From assembly GCA_028534125.1 (NCBI GenBank), contig CM052817.1:25422001-25486000 (forward strand): a DNA stretch of 64,000 nucleotides, given 5' to 3'. Source of the DNA: Lama glama (Eukaryota). Both the position numbers and the translations under genes were made by a program. Each line of letters begins with the position of its first letter. The stretch's first letter is position 1. The notes beneath the pieces were generated by a model. The model was given only the letters and a program-made list of their open reading frames with translations, did no database searches and was not told the DNA's origin. Below, piece by piece: positions 12,031-26,007 of the stretch.

Positions 12031-13426
12031 AGGTTGGGACATGGGGAATGCAGAGCTGGGAGGCCTCCTGAGGATTAAGGCCTATTCATCCAAGGAGTGG
12101 CCGCAGTACAATATGAAATGCCCTGCAACTGGAGTTAGGAAGTCTGAGTTTAACACCTGCCTCTGCTGTTACTTGTTGTCTTAACTAGGGCAAGATAATT
12201 TATCCAAGCTTCTGTTTTCTGATCTCTTAAATAAGGACAGTACACCTCACGTGGTTACTATGAAGCTTGAATGAGTATAGTGTTTGGAACTTCTCAAAGG
12301 TTTTCCCTCAAGAACCCCTCAGGAAGGGGGGAGGGGGTGTGGTTCACATCTCTGTTGAACTAAAGGCACACTCAGAACAAAAGCAACTTTTTTGAAATAG
12401 GTGTCATCTTGAAAGTTTACATAAAGTTTGCGTTTTATACCACACTATACACGTATATGTTTCAGTATTTAAATTATATTTTAAATTATTCACTGGTAAT
12501 TTATGTAACACTTTTGCCCCTAGAATAATTGAATAAAATGGATGCTCATTAGAAACGCACTATATTTGCCTTTGGTTTTCTGTATTTATGGAGAGCATGG
12601 GTTTATGTGAAATGGCCAGCCACGTGATGGTTGTCCTCTGTAATGTTTGCTGAATCTCAATCTGTCCACCAGAGGATCAGCATGGTTGGATCAACAGGCC
12701 AAACAGATACTATAAAGAGGATTCCCTCCCTAGAGGCAGGGCCAAGGCAGGTTTGCTGGTCTGGGGCTAAATCAAGGGTACAGGTTAGAAAGGACCTGTA
12801 ACTTTATTTGAATCTAGATAATCAAAAGGAAAATGACCATTGCTATATAAAAGGAAAGAGTTATATACTAGATAGTTACATAATTTATAAATCATTTTAT
12901 TATATAATATAACCTATAAATGTTTACTTATAATAACATATCATTATATATATAATGTTATTACATAATATAATGTATTGAACTATCTGCAGAGAGAAAA
13001 AGATACTTAATTATCAAAGATTACTCCTTTCTTTGGTTTTATTTTTACAGCCTAATGTAAAAAAAAAAAAAAGACAAAAACCCCTTCCATTATCTATACT
13101 AACATCCAGAAATTGGTCAGTTCTAAATCTGAACTAGCCATAAATCTATGCCCTACACATTTAGCCATGGCTCACTTTCCACTTCCAAGGTTTCAATCCA
13201 GTGAAAACATTAAATACAGTATCATGAAAGTAAACCCCCATACAAACTACTGTGGTCTGCCTTCAGAGTTCCCTCACTGCAAGGTGGGGATAGCTAGACT
13301 TCACGGGCTGGTTACAGCACGAAACGCAGTGATGCACACTGTATGCCTGGTACAGTGCCTGGCACACTGCCACCAGGACCGCCTGAGTTCTAGGCTTCAT
13401 TCACTGCTCTGTCATCAGTGCCTACT

Positions 13427-13838
13427 TGTTATGCGCCGAAGAGTGTCCTGTGCCCACCCCACCAGCCAAATCCGTATGTTGAAGTCCTAACCTCCAGTAC
13501 CACCGAATATGACAATATTTGGAGACAGGGTTGTTAGTAAAGTAATTAAGTTAAAATGAGGATTAGTGTGGGCCCTAATCCAACGTGACTGGCATCCATA
13601 TAAGAAGAGGAACTTTGGACACAGAAAAGTACAGAGGGAAGACAATATGTAGACATAGGGAGAGACCATCTACAAGCCAAGGACCGAGATCCGGAACAAA
13701 TGCTGCCCTCACGGACGTAACAAGGAACCAGTTCTGCTGACCACTTGATCTCAGACTTCTAGCCTCCAGATATGTGAGAAAATAAATTTCTATTGTTTAA
13801 GACACTCAGTCTGCAGCAGTTTTAGCAAATTAATCTAC
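13427..13838 (+). mobile_element. MLT1A/B-like MaLR solo LTR
   Basis: TATGTTGAAGTCCTAACCTCCAGTAC..ATTTGGAGACAGGG..TAATTAAGTTAAAATGAGG..GGGCCCTAATCCAA..GACTTCTAGCCTCCAGA..AATAAATTTCTATTGTTTAAG. Sits inside an L2 tail that resumes at ~13840-13950. Confidence 0.8.
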
Positions 13839-13995
13839 CACTGGAATAAAAGCTCCCCGAGGACAGAAATTTTTCTTTTTGTTCAGTGATGTACCTTGGG
13901 TGTTTAGAATAGAGCCTGACACATAGGAAACACCTAATAAATAATTGTTGAACTATTTAACTGTGCAGTCCTGTACTTAGCACAAGATCTTCAGG

Positions 13996-14111
13996 CTGAT
14001 GTTTGAAGACTGAATAATGATCTATTTCCCAAATACCAAAGCAGGACATAGTCTGATATTTGAAGACTGAATAAATGACTCTATTTCCCAAATACCAAAT
14101 CAGGACATAGT
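13996..14111. repeat. Tandem duplication of a ~58-bp unit
   Basis: Unit 1 13996-14052 and unit 2 14053-14111 (CTGAT.TTTGAAGACTGAATAA..CTATTTCCCAAATACCAAA.CAGGACATAGT), about 4 differences. Confidence 0.9.
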
Positions 14112-17100
14112 CAGAAAAAAAAAGTTAAGTAAGTATATTTATATAAGCATTGTAAAACTTTAAATATTAAGTCACATTAAACAATCACCTTAATTGAAAA
14201 TGGCAAATGAAAAAAAAAAGAAAAGGGCAAATGTCATGAAATTCAAGCTGGTCTTGGAAAATCCAGCTTTGGTACAGTAAGTTGCCAACTGTTTGATGTC
14301 CCCAACTCTTGGCCTAAACTGAAGCACCGTCCATACAGCTCTCACTTCCTTTTCCAACCTCTTTTCCCCTGAGTTGTCCGCAGGGTCCATTTGCTGGAAC
14401 CACAGTGGTCTGTGTATCCCTTCCAGATACACCAGGCTCAGCTCAAATCCCTCCTCCCACAGGAAGCTTTCCATGACCCTCTGAAGCCAAAGTGACACCA
14501 CTCTTCATTTGGACTACTTTAAAAATATATATATCATCTACTTGCTCATACCATCAGTTATCTTTGCATGAAGATATCTGTCTGGTTTCCATTTTGAATT
14601 GAGGAGAGAGACCTTGTAATTACTTAATTCTACTCTTATCTAAGTAGGGGACCAGCAAATATAATAGATTTTTCATTATATGGTTGGAAAACAGCAGAGT
14701 CAGCACTCTCACCCAACGGCAGCCCTGACAGTACAAAGAGCCAGAGAAGGCACTGGCAAATCCAAGTCTCTTTAGCAACTTGGGCACAAGCCCTACTGAA
14801 TGTGGGAAATGGAGAACTGCAATTACAGAGCGGCGGTGCTGTTAATGTCACCATTAACATCAGTCTAATAAACATGCACCAGCTGTATTTTTGAATAATG
14901 TCTGTTAGAATTAATGCTGGGTGTTTCCTTTCCAAGGATTCTTACTATTCTTTCCTCTGGCTGTTTTTTTTGATTGAACAGACATTTACCTCAGGTAACC
15001 AAATCAGCAGCAGGATGTGGAAATAACATTTGATCTCTGCCTCTGTGGGCTTGGCAAATAGCTGCAGTGTGTTTATGCAATCACAGGCATAAGAAATACC
15101 ACATAGAATTAATTACTTTTTTTAACTATCATTTTTCTGATTTCCTTGATATGAAACATGACCCAGCATATATAATGCAAAACCTTTAGGAAAAATGAGT
15201 GTGATATTCCTCAACTTGTTTACTCACCACTTCATCTCATCTTCATATGACCTTTAAAAAATCTTATTGTTATATTTCTTTTCATTTAATTGGATCCAAG
15301 CAATGATGATAAAGATAATTGGAGAAAGGAAAGTCTTACCTCACACGTAAGCATGAACGTTGCAGTCTTTGACTATATTAATCAGTGTCCCTCATTTAAT
15401 CCACAGTCTAACTTTCTCTCCATTCTTATGGGGAACATTTTGAATAAAATTTTAATTATAATAGTCTAAATATAATATTTAATTATAATATTTTTCTTGG
15501 AAATTAGACTTTAATAACACTATTTTGAGTAAAGCTTATATTTTCAGGAATATAATTCAGAGACACTAAAGCAATAAGGTATAAAGTGTAAAAATACAAA
15601 TCAATACCATATAAATCAGAGCACAGAATCTTTTTATAGATGAATAAACTCAAATCAAAAAAAGTCATTTATTTGGTCAAGGAAATTAGTTCTTGGAATA
15701 AAATAGAATTGTCTATCAAGTATAAAGAGTTGAAACAGGAACTATAAAAAAGATGAAGCTCTTACCCAAATTAGCTTACAAACAAGTACTGGAGTTCAAG
15801 CTAACTAGGAATATAAACTGCAGGGGGAGTTGAGAGAGGAGGTAATTCTACCATAGAAAAGCAATTTTTAAAAGTTTTGGAAGATTTCTTTTTTAGATTC
15901 AAAAAGAAATTTTGAATTATAATTTAAAAAAAATAATGATACAGGAAAGGTTTTCTTTCAAATGAGCTAAACAAACATTGCCTTCCTTTTCTAATTTCTA
16001 AAGACTATGGAATAGAAAGATCACTACCTAGAATTGAAATAACATCATCCACAGTGTTGTTAGGGAGGGCATCAGGCATAGCGATCACTGTCTGAATTAG
16101 ACAGTGCATCCTTGTTGGGTCATGTGGATCAAATGGTCTAGATTCAATGAACATTTTTTTAAAGGATCTAAATGTCCTAGATGAGCTAATGTACTTTTGC
16201 TTGAAGTACAGAAGAAAGTAAAGGGAAATACATTAAGAAATATGACACATTTTGTCATCCAAATGGCACTGCTCACTTGCTAGCACAACCATCTAATCAA
16301 AACCACAAAATCCTGAGGACCGGATTTTGGAAAAGTACTTTCAAAAGTAGCAGAACAGGGAATGCCTTGAGATACTTGGTGAGGGAAAGCAAACCAAGAT
16401 TCTAACAACAGTATCTCTCCTGAAACATGGTAAATAAATCCTCATCAAGACCATTCCTGTCACCTCCTGAATCTTGAGACCTTCTTTAAGATGCCCTCAT
16501 CTTCTCAGGACTAAGTGAAAGATAGTGAATTATATTTGAAAAATTTTGCCAAATAAACAAACATATAAGAAAGGAGAGAAACTTGTGTAAATTTGGGAGA
16601 AATCTTCACTTTTCAGACATTCATAAAGTATTAAAAGAAATGAGTTTAACATGTCACCATCATCAATTTCTTTTTCTTTTGAATCTTCATCTTTCTTCAG
16701 CACAGAAAAGGAAATTCATTAGATAAATTATTGTATAGCAAAAACTGTATCCAGTGAGTTTCAAAGTGTTTCCCTCCTTTTTTTTGAAAGTGAATTCCCT
16801 CTCCTATGAAGATATTGTGAGTGCTAGGCAGAATTCTATGTCCAGTGGTACTGACAATTTCTTTTATGATGATCTTCCAAAACTTTAAAAGATATTTCTC
16901 ATAAACCTGCTAAACTTGAGGTGCTAGAATCCATAACATTCAATAACTATGAGATCCACTTGCAACAATAATGCACAAAATTGAAATGTAAGTGTAAACA
17001 GTTCATGTAAAACTGTTGACTGGCTAAAATATTCTGTAAAATGTAATAAACTAAAGATTATACTGATTGGAGCATAAACACAGTGTACACTGTAGATCTA

Positions 17101-20100
17101 TTTTGTCCTTATCATAACCATATAACCTTAAATAGGCAAAAAGCACCCAAAAAGCCCTGTACATAGTTCAAATTTCCCCATATTTCCTTTTATCCCCTCC
17201 TGGGAAATACAGTGCCTTCAAGAAAAGGGGTGGAGGGAGACCGGGACATAATTTAGAGGTATTCACAATCGAAGAAAGCACAAATCAGTGGATTAAAAAT
17301 TGAACGTATGGCGTGTCTCCTTTGGTATGAGAACACTTACGAAAACAGAGATTTAAAAGCAACTAACCAAGGGAAGAAAAACATGGCTAAAAGGGCTGGT
17401 AGCTGAGTGGGGGTGGGGATGGGGCGGGGGACAGAGTCAGGGAGACAAACAGGATGCCAGGAGGTGAGAAATAAGGGTGGGGAGTAGTGGGCAATCTCAA
17501 GAGGAACTAACAAGGTCTGTTGCTTATAGTTACCCAGAAAACTTTAAGAACAATAAGAGACAAACAAATGTAGCTTCAAGAAACCTGAGAGAAGACAGAC
17601 CAGCTGGCTGGGACGACACAGTCCCCCGGTACTGGTGGTGCGTGGGGAGGGAAGCTAATCTTCCCCAAATTCACATCCAGTACAACTGCTGACACTTTTG
17701 TTTCCCGTTGAATCAACAGATCCTGGCGAAAGACCGCGGGGAGAGGGTGAGTGGACCTTGTGCTCCAGGAAGCATATTTCTATCTCTTGAGAAATAGGAA
17801 CTTCGGCTCTATTCAGTCCAGTGTGCTAGGTTTTCTGGTTTTGCTTTTTTTTTTTTTTAACTTTTTCTCTTTGGAGTGGCTTTTAAAGTAAATACATGTT
17901 ATTTTGAGGAGGAATTTCAGTTCCAAGAACCTGCACAGATCCAGCTCTTCAAGCAGCAGTTAAAACCCCAGAGTCAACCAAGGAGATGGTCACCCACACC
18001 CTTGGTCTCACCTCCTAGACCCCCTTCCTTCCTACCCCCCCAGAACTCACAGGCACAGAACCACACCTCTGAGGCCACCTTGTAAAACTGTGCTTGAGGT
18101 CCTACATTTAATCACACACAATGTACACATTTCTTAGCTATTTTTAAAAAATGCTTATTACAAAAGTAATATATGCCCACTAAAGAAAAAACCACCAAAG
18201 AGCATCGAAAAGGAAAAAAAAAAATCACCCTCACTCCTATCACTTTCATACGACATTATTATGACTTTAGTATTGTGTGCTGTTAGCCACTCATTTTGAA
18301 TTATAAGGGCAAGGAAGAATTCTTTCCAGTTCATATGATCCAACCATATGCTAGTTGTTTTTTCTAGACACATCAGCAAAACTTCTAGAGCATTCGTGAG
18401 TGTGGACAGGCTTGCTAGGTTGGGAAGTTAAGGAATGAAAAGCTGAAGTCTTCCTCCCCAGCGAGTACCAGGGAAACTGGTGCAACTGGGCTTTCACAGG
18501 GAGGGAGACGCATCCCATGTCACACAGCAGGGTTTGGGTGCCAGCATGCAACACACTTGGAATGGGCAGAAAAAGGAAGGCAGCAAGGCCACTGTCCTAG
18601 AGCATAATTCACACACCACCTCTTTGCTGGCTTAGTTATGCAGGGGGAAAGTGTGTGAGTGTGCGTGTGTGTATTGAGAGAGATGATGTATGTATATATA
18701 CATGTATATATGTATTTCCCCCCACGGTACACGTACCATAGTTCCTGCCTCCTGTCCTGCACTACTGTAACTTTCTATTAGTTACATTTAATGCCATTTT
18801 ATATGCTACCATGCAACTCACTTGTTCAGAAGCCTTCCATAGTTTCCTAGCGTCTGCTGGAAAAAGTTACAGCTCCTCAGTGTCGTATTTTCCCCACGGC
18901 ATGGCCTCAGCTGAACTTCCCGAGCGCCTTCCACCACTCCTGAGTGGTTCGTGCCCCTGTGGACCCTGGGCCTCCGGGGCCCTCCGCAGACTCTGAAATG
19001 CTGAGTGGAGTCCCCTCTCCCTCCAGCAGTGAAGTTCTAGCACTGTATCACCTCCTACACAAAGATTTTTGGGGATTTCCTGACTGATGTGATTTCTTTT
19101 GCAAAATCTGTAAGCTCCTTGATGATGAGGCCTAAACCCCACAAGAATACTCAGAGCTTTCGAATAAATCAATTTACCTGTTTGTCCTTCTAACCCTCAT
19201 ATCGTGGTTCTTTTCCAAGTTTTACTCATTATATTCTGCATTTCGTCATAATTAAGCAATTACATATGTTCTCTCATTGAATGTTTCTTGGGTTCCTACA
19301 CCCACCCCAGATCTACAGTAAATGTTCAACCAATATTTAACGAACTGACTTAAATGCAGGGATTTAAATGCCAATAAATTTTCCATAACATAGAGGAAAG
19401 GGTTGGAAATCTAGAGTCAGCCTCACTCCAGAACAGGATGAAAACTGGGAAGTTCTTTATCTTACTTTGTGGGTCTCCCCTTCTCTATTCCTTGCCTCCC
19501 AGCACTGGATAAATCTAGGTCATCCCCAGCTTAGAAATAAGTTACAGTCTACATCTTTATATGTGTAGGTCATTGATTTTGAAATTATAATTCGTTTCCC
19601 TTTCAAATAATACTAAAAATAATGTTTAAGATCCCTAAAAAGTTCCCCAAAGCCAAGTTGAACCCTCCATGAAGTAGAAATACTATATTTGCAATAAAAA
19701 GTAAAAAATAAAACTATTGACATATTTTACTGGTAAAATGACCAATAAAAACAACTAAATACAAATGGTTATTTTTAATTTGAATAATCATGATTCAACA
19801 AAAGCAGATTTTAACTATAGAAAAGGAGGGTATATCTAATCATTCTCTCTGAGTTGCTGTCATTCACCAGTTTCTTAGAGATTCTTTCTCCAGGATGGAA
19901 GATGTGGCCAGAAGACCTAGGTCTTACTCTTGATTCTCAAGTTTGGCTACAGTTCTGAGTAATTTCAGGATCCACATGGTACCACGTTTAATACCCCATT
20001 CATTCTATTTCTTCGTCTTCTTGTTTTCAGGGATATTGTCCACCCCACTTCTAGTTTTCCACTCCCATAGGCACACCCTGAACCATGCTAACCTTGGGAC

Positions 20101-20505
20101 TGTGTCGCCTGTAAATGTTAAGCTCCCATATCCTCACTCTCTGGCTACTCACCTCCTAACCGTCCAGGTCATTCACTACATTATTCCCAACACACTCACT
20201 CTTCAGCCTATTTGAAATGTCCAGTTCACTGATCCTTCAGCCAGATTTCTAGAGTCTCTTTCAGTTTCAGCTCTCTAACTTAGATTCCAAGATCCAATGT
20301 TTCAACTATTTTTGTACCACAATCCTTCAATTGCATTGTTCTGCCAAACATAATCCAGAACAATTCCAGCTGTCCTTCTGCTCTAGAAATGTTGAGAGCT
20401 CCTAGGGTAGGGGTGCAGGACACATTTCCAGTTTCACCTTTATTACAATTCTTGGTCACCTAACTCAACCTCAGTACTTTCCGGCAGTCCTAATTTGGGT
20501 GGTTA

Positions 20506-20532
20506 GATGGATGGATGGATGGATGGATGGAT
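20506..20532. repeat. (GGAT)n microsatellite
   Basis: GATGGATGGATGGATGGATGGATGGAT. Confidence 0.85.
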
Positions 20533-20660
20533 AGAGGGATAATATAGATGAAAACTTGTAGAGATAACTAAAGAGAATCTCTGGGCCCTTTGTAATGCTT
20601 TTGAGATGAGTGGCCTTTAGTCTAGAATTTGTAATTTTACTTCAAAATATATGGCTTTGT

Positions 20661-22275
20661 AATTCTAAGAAAGAACAAAGTTGGAGGCATCGCAATCCTC
20701 GATTTCAAATTATATTACAAAGCTATAGCAATCAAAGCAGCATGGTACTGGCATTAAAACAGACACATAGAACAATGGAACAGAATTGAAAGCCCAGAAA
20801 TAAATCCACACATATATAGTCAAGTAAGTTTTGACAAAAGAGTCAAGAATACTCAGTGGGGAAAGGGTAGCCTCTTTAATAAAAATGGCATTAGAAAAAC
20901 TGGATATTTACACACAAAAGAGTAGACTGGACCCCTATTTTACACCACCCCAGAGACTTATATGTAAGACCTAAAAAATGTATAACTACTAGAAGAAAAC
21001 ATAAGGGAAAAGCTCCTTGACACTGGTCTTGGTAATGATTTTTTGGCTATAACACCAAAAGCACAAGCAACAAAATAAAAAATTAACAAGTGGGATTACA
21101 CCAAACTAAAAAGCTTCTGCACAGCAATGGGAATGATCAGCAAAATGGAAAAGCAACCTGTGGAAGGGGATAAAGTATTTGCAAATAATCTGTTTGAGAA
21201 GGGCTTAGTATCTAAAATATATAAGGAACTGATATAACTCAATAGCAAAAAAAAAAAACCCAAAAACCAACAAACAAAAATGATTTTAAAAATGGGCAAA
21301 GTACTTGAATAAATACATTTCCAAAGAGGATATACAAATGGCCAACTAGTACATGGAAAAAGTGCTCAACATCACTAACTATCAGGGAAATGCAAATTTA
21401 AATCACATTGATATATCACCTCACACCTGTTAAATAACTACTATCAAAAAGACAAGAAATAGTGTTGGTGAGGAGGTGGAGAAAAGGGAACCCTTGTGTG
21501 TTGTTGGTGGGAATGTAAATTGGTGCAACCACTATGGAGAACAGTGTAGCGGTTTCTCAAAAAACTAAAGACAGAATGACCATATTATTCAGCAATCTCA
21601 TTTCTAGGTATGTATCCAAAGGAAATGAATCACCATCTCAAGAGATATTTATATTCCCAGTTGATTGCAGCATTATTTACAATAGGCAAGGTATGGAAAC
21701 AACCCACATGTCCATCAATGGATGAACAGGTAAAGAAATGTGAAACACACACACACATTGGAATATTATTCAGCCACTAAAAAAGAAGGAAATCCTGCCT
21801 TTTGCAATAACATGGAGGGACTTCAAATGCATTGTGCTAAGTGAAATAAGTCAGACAGAGAAAGACAAATACTATATGATCTCACTTATGTGTGAAATCT
21901 GAAAAAGCCAAACTCATAGGAACAGCAGAATGGTGGCTGCCTGGAGCTGGGAGGTGGGGGAAATGAGATCTTGATCAAAGGATACAAACTTCCAGCTATA
22001 AGATGAATAAGGTCTGGGGATCTAATCTACAGTAATAAACAAACAGTATTATATACTTGAAAGTTGTTAAAAGTAGATCTTAAATGTTATTACTACCGAG
22101 GGAAAAAAAGGTAATTATGTAAAGAGATAGAGGTGTTTAACTTTATTGTAGTTACCATTTTGCAATATACATGTGTATTTAATCATCATATTGTACACCT
22201 TAAACTTACATATATTATAGCTCAATAATATCTCAATAAAGCTGAAAGAAAAAAAAGGAGGGAAAAAAAAAACCC
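20661..22275 (+). mobile_element. 5'-truncated L1 (L1MA9-like): ORF2 C-terminus + 3'UTR + poly(A)
   Basis: Decayed ORF2 text (AAAGCAGCATGGTACTGGCAT..AACAATGGAACAGAATTGA; AAACTAAAAAGCTTCTGCACAGCAA), AATAAA and A-tail at ~22236-22272, TSD ATATGGCTTTGT at 20649-20660 / 22276-22287. Confidence 0.9.
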
Positions 22276-22879
22276 ATATGGCTTTGTTATCCTTTAATGT
22301 AGATGTGTCTGCATTGCTAATAATTTCATGAGCACATGATACTTTTCTTCCTCCGTAACTTGGTCCATGATCACATAAAGAGGAGAAATTTTCTGAAGGA
22401 GAGATTGGAAAAGCTCTGAAAGAGTGGAGGAGGAACGAGGAATCTCAAGAGTATGTATTTGTGTATTTGTGTATCAGAAAGAGATTGTTTGAAAGGGAAA
22501 TAACTGATAGAAGCCCTGAAAGAGAAAGTGGAGGTTGGTAGCGGCTTGTGTCCACTAGGCTCTGAATCAGTCTCAACATAGTGTTACTGTTTAGTTGTCA
22601 TCCATTAATAAAGTACTTTTAGAACATCTTGTATCTGCCAGACACTGTTCTAGCTTGGGAAACAGGAGTGAAGACAATGTTCCTGCTCTTACAGAGCCCA
22701 GGTTCTAATGGGGGAAAATGATAAAAAAGAAAAAAAAGAACAAGGATGACTAGACATTGAATGGAGAAGGGAGGGATATTTTAGATTGTGTGCTCAAGGA
22801 AGTCATCCCTGAAGAGGTAATATTTGAGCTAAAAGCAAATGTTGGAAAAAGAGCTATCTGGTAGGAAATCTGAAACCTT

Positions 22880-23230
22880 GCTTTTCCCTCATGACTACAA
22901 GATGGTTGCCATAGCTTCAAGCATCACACCTTCACATAACTTCTTAAGCAGGTCTGGGGGCTTACCCTTAAAAGAGTTTCCTTTCATCAGGAAGAAAAGT
23001 ATCTCCAATAAGCCCCATCACTCTTCCCTCCATGTCCCCGTGGCCAGAACCAGGTCACATATCTACTCTCCAACCAGTCACCAGCAAAAGAGACCGGGAC
23101 TGCAATGACTGGTTAGGAGCAACAATGCTGAGGCCAGGGAGGGGAATCCTTCCCTGAGCACATGCTGCCCAAACCAAAACCAGTCTGGCCTGCTGTCCTC
23201 AGAGAACAAGAGTGCAGCAGCTACCACAAG
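22880..23230. mobile_element. Old MaLR (MLT1-type) LTR remnant
   Basis: CCCTCATGACTACAAGATGGTTGCCATAGCTTCAAGCATCAC..GGCCAGAACCAGGTCACAT resembles old MLT1 LTRs. Confidence 0.5.
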
Positions 23231-23489
23231 GACCAAGCTCAAGATATTTCATTTACCAGGATTTATGGATTTATCTAGTACCTAAGCCTGTACCAGGCTC
23301 TGTGCTAGGGTTAGGAATAAAAAGGAAGATCTAGGCACCACTTTCACCATCTCACTCTACTGTTTAAAAACAGTTAGGGGAACTTCCCTCCTCTTCACTG
23401 TTTCAAAGGTACAGTTCACAGCCACTTGCCACCCTGAAGCCTCCTTGCATCCTTTTAGCTTGAATGACTTCTTCTCAATTCATAGCTCA

Positions 23490-24330
23490 CATTTATTCAT
23501 TTTACAAATATTCATTGAACACCTGGACCATAGGGATGCAATTTTGCTAAAAAGATAAGTTCCCTGACTTTGCAGAGTTTCTATTTCAGTGCCATAGGGT
23601 TAAACAATCAATCACAAGAAAGAATAAAAAGTGTTACAAGAGGTGAAGCATGGGTGTTATCAGAGCACCAAGAAGGAGGCCTCCACTCTTCCAAAAAATG
23701 AGGTGAGGGATGGTGGTAAGAGAAGATATATTTTGTTGAAAATGTCATTTATGTCACCATTTAAAGGAAATGAAAGCGGAGGTCAGGAGTGGGGGAGAAG
23801 GCGAGGAGGCTAGTCCACCTAGAAAAATGAGCACGTGCAAAGGGCCAGAGGTGGGTAAAGAAAAGAAGCTCAGTGTTGCTGGAGCAAAGAGTGGGAGAGG
23901 AAAACTGAGTGATGTGTCTATAAGGATAGGTGGAGACCAGGTCCACACTGGGAGAGGGGAGGGGAGGTGCTGGTAAAATCTTGCACTTTATCTGGAGAGA
24001 AGTCATTGAAGAGTTTGACGTGTTTTTGAGGTTTGCATTTTAGAAAACGCATTCTTAATCCTTTGCTCCAACCCCTTACCCACACTTCAGACACACTGCA
24101 AACAGGCTGACCAACGAGACATTGTGGCAATAGGCTGGACCAGGATGGCAGCCAAGGAGTGGGTGGTGATTGAGGAGGTCCAGGATTCAGTGAATGACAG
24201 GACTGTGGCCAGCCATAGAGGAGGAGGAGCTAAGGATGACTTAAGGCAGTTCTGCTTTAGGGTCTCAGAGGGATGGTGGTGTCCTTTACTGGATGAAGTC
24301 CTTTCTGTACAAGTTGTGTTTGAGCTGCCT
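23490..24330 (-). mobile_element. L2 fragment
   Basis: Starts CATTTATTCATTTTACAAATATTCATTGAACACCT; purine-rich L2 antisense body. Confidence 0.55.
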
Positions 24331-25980
24331 CCTACAGGGCACTGAACAGAGCATGTTTATTAATTGACCTCTTTTATGACTCTTCTCTTCCCTCCCCCAC
24401 CCGTTCGTATCAAAGCCACTCCCTACTTATCTGGAATCACACTTTTCTCACATAGACCTACTCCACTCTTCTCCTTTGGGTCCACACCCACATGAAAATT
24501 AAAAAAACAAAACAAAACCGTAATTTATGTGCTTCATCACTCTATGTCCCTTGAGTGAAGCCTGTATTTTTTGAGCCCCCAGTATGAGCCAGGCACCGAA
24601 ATGCAAAACAATTCCATCAGTCATCGCTAATGTTTTTTCCGTGAATACAAATCTAAGGCATCCAATCAAACATTTAATGGTGTCAGTGATCAATGAGTTG
24701 CAATTAGTAACTGACACAAACCCAACTTTTTCCCTCGCACCCGTCTTTATTCATTCACAAAAATCTCCATCCCTTTACATCATTTTAAAGATTAATCTTG
24801 TGAGACCTAAGATGCACATGAAGCGGTGGAGTCAGGTGGTCTCCACGTGGTCTTTTATGTATATATGCATGTTTCACAATCAGCAATTTCACGACTTGAG
24901 GTTACCCGGTACTAATTTTACAATACTGAGTGACATGAAGGGGCTCGGAATATACTTTATCTCTACGTTTTAAGTAGTACCATGCCTGGACGAAGCACCA
25001 AAGTGAGGATGGTGAACTTAAAGGGCCTTTAAAACATCTTGAAGCAATAACAAGCTATAGACTGAAGCAGGGGCGTTTTCCAACATTACACAGGACTAAA
25101 ACAATTGAACCAATTTGTCCTTTGTTCTTTTTATTGCATTCTTTATTACATTAATACTGTAAAAAGAAATTCAAAAAGCATTAAACTCGGGTACCAAGCT
25201 ATACAAAGTCCTCCCAGGGGCCTGGATGGGGCAAAAAGCGAGTTTCCTCCCGGCTCTGAGAGCTGTGACGGCCACCGAGGACGCTCGCGGTTGGTCCCAG
25301 GGAAGCGACACGAAACGAAGAGGTCGCTAGGCCGAGCCCTCAGCTCGCCCCGAGTTCTCCCTCCGGGCGGGAGGATCCCGACCGAAGTTTGCCAAGTTTT
25401 CCGGCAGGCCGGGCTGAGCAGATGCAGCTGCTCCCGGTAGCCCTGCCGCTCCAGCGGCGGCCCGGCCCGTGGGAAGTTTGCTCGGGGGCCTCCCGGCCTT
25501 CAAAGAAAAGTCCCGGGAGGCGGGTGAGCCACCGGCCAGGCCATCCCCACCTGGGGCGGGCGACAAGGGGGCCTCGGGGCACAAAGAAAGAGCGCTACAG
25601 GATGGCGGATGACCTTGGAAACTCTGGACCATTTTAGGGTTTGTCCCCCCAGCTGTCATCCCCCACCCCGCTTTTCTTTCTCTCCCGAATCCGCCCAGGT
25701 CCACCCGCTCCTTCCCCATCGGTGCCTTTTCTGCTTTTTCTTTAAGAGTTGTCTGCACTGGGCCCAGGAGGGGCCGCGCTGGCCGCGGGGCCCAGCCCTT
25801 CCCGCCGCGCCCGGAGCCGCCCTTCCCGCCGGAGTCGGCTGATTGATGGCCCCGGCCGGCCCGGGTCCCCCGCCCCAGCTCGCCCGCGAGCCCGGCTGTG
25901 TGTTTTGGAAGCGGCGCAGCGGGCTGCAGCCCTGTGACGCCCCGAGCGGCCAGCGCCGCCCTTCCTTCCCCCCGGGCTCG

Positions 25981-26007
25981 GGCGGCGGCGGCGGCGGCGG
26001 CGGCGGC
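25981..26007. repeat. (GGC)9 trinucleotide repeat
   Basis: Nine uninterrupted GGC units. Confidence 0.95.

Noticed and set aside
12860..12980. AT-rich TATA/ATAA stretch
   Set aside because: Low-complexity sequence with no defined unit or structure.
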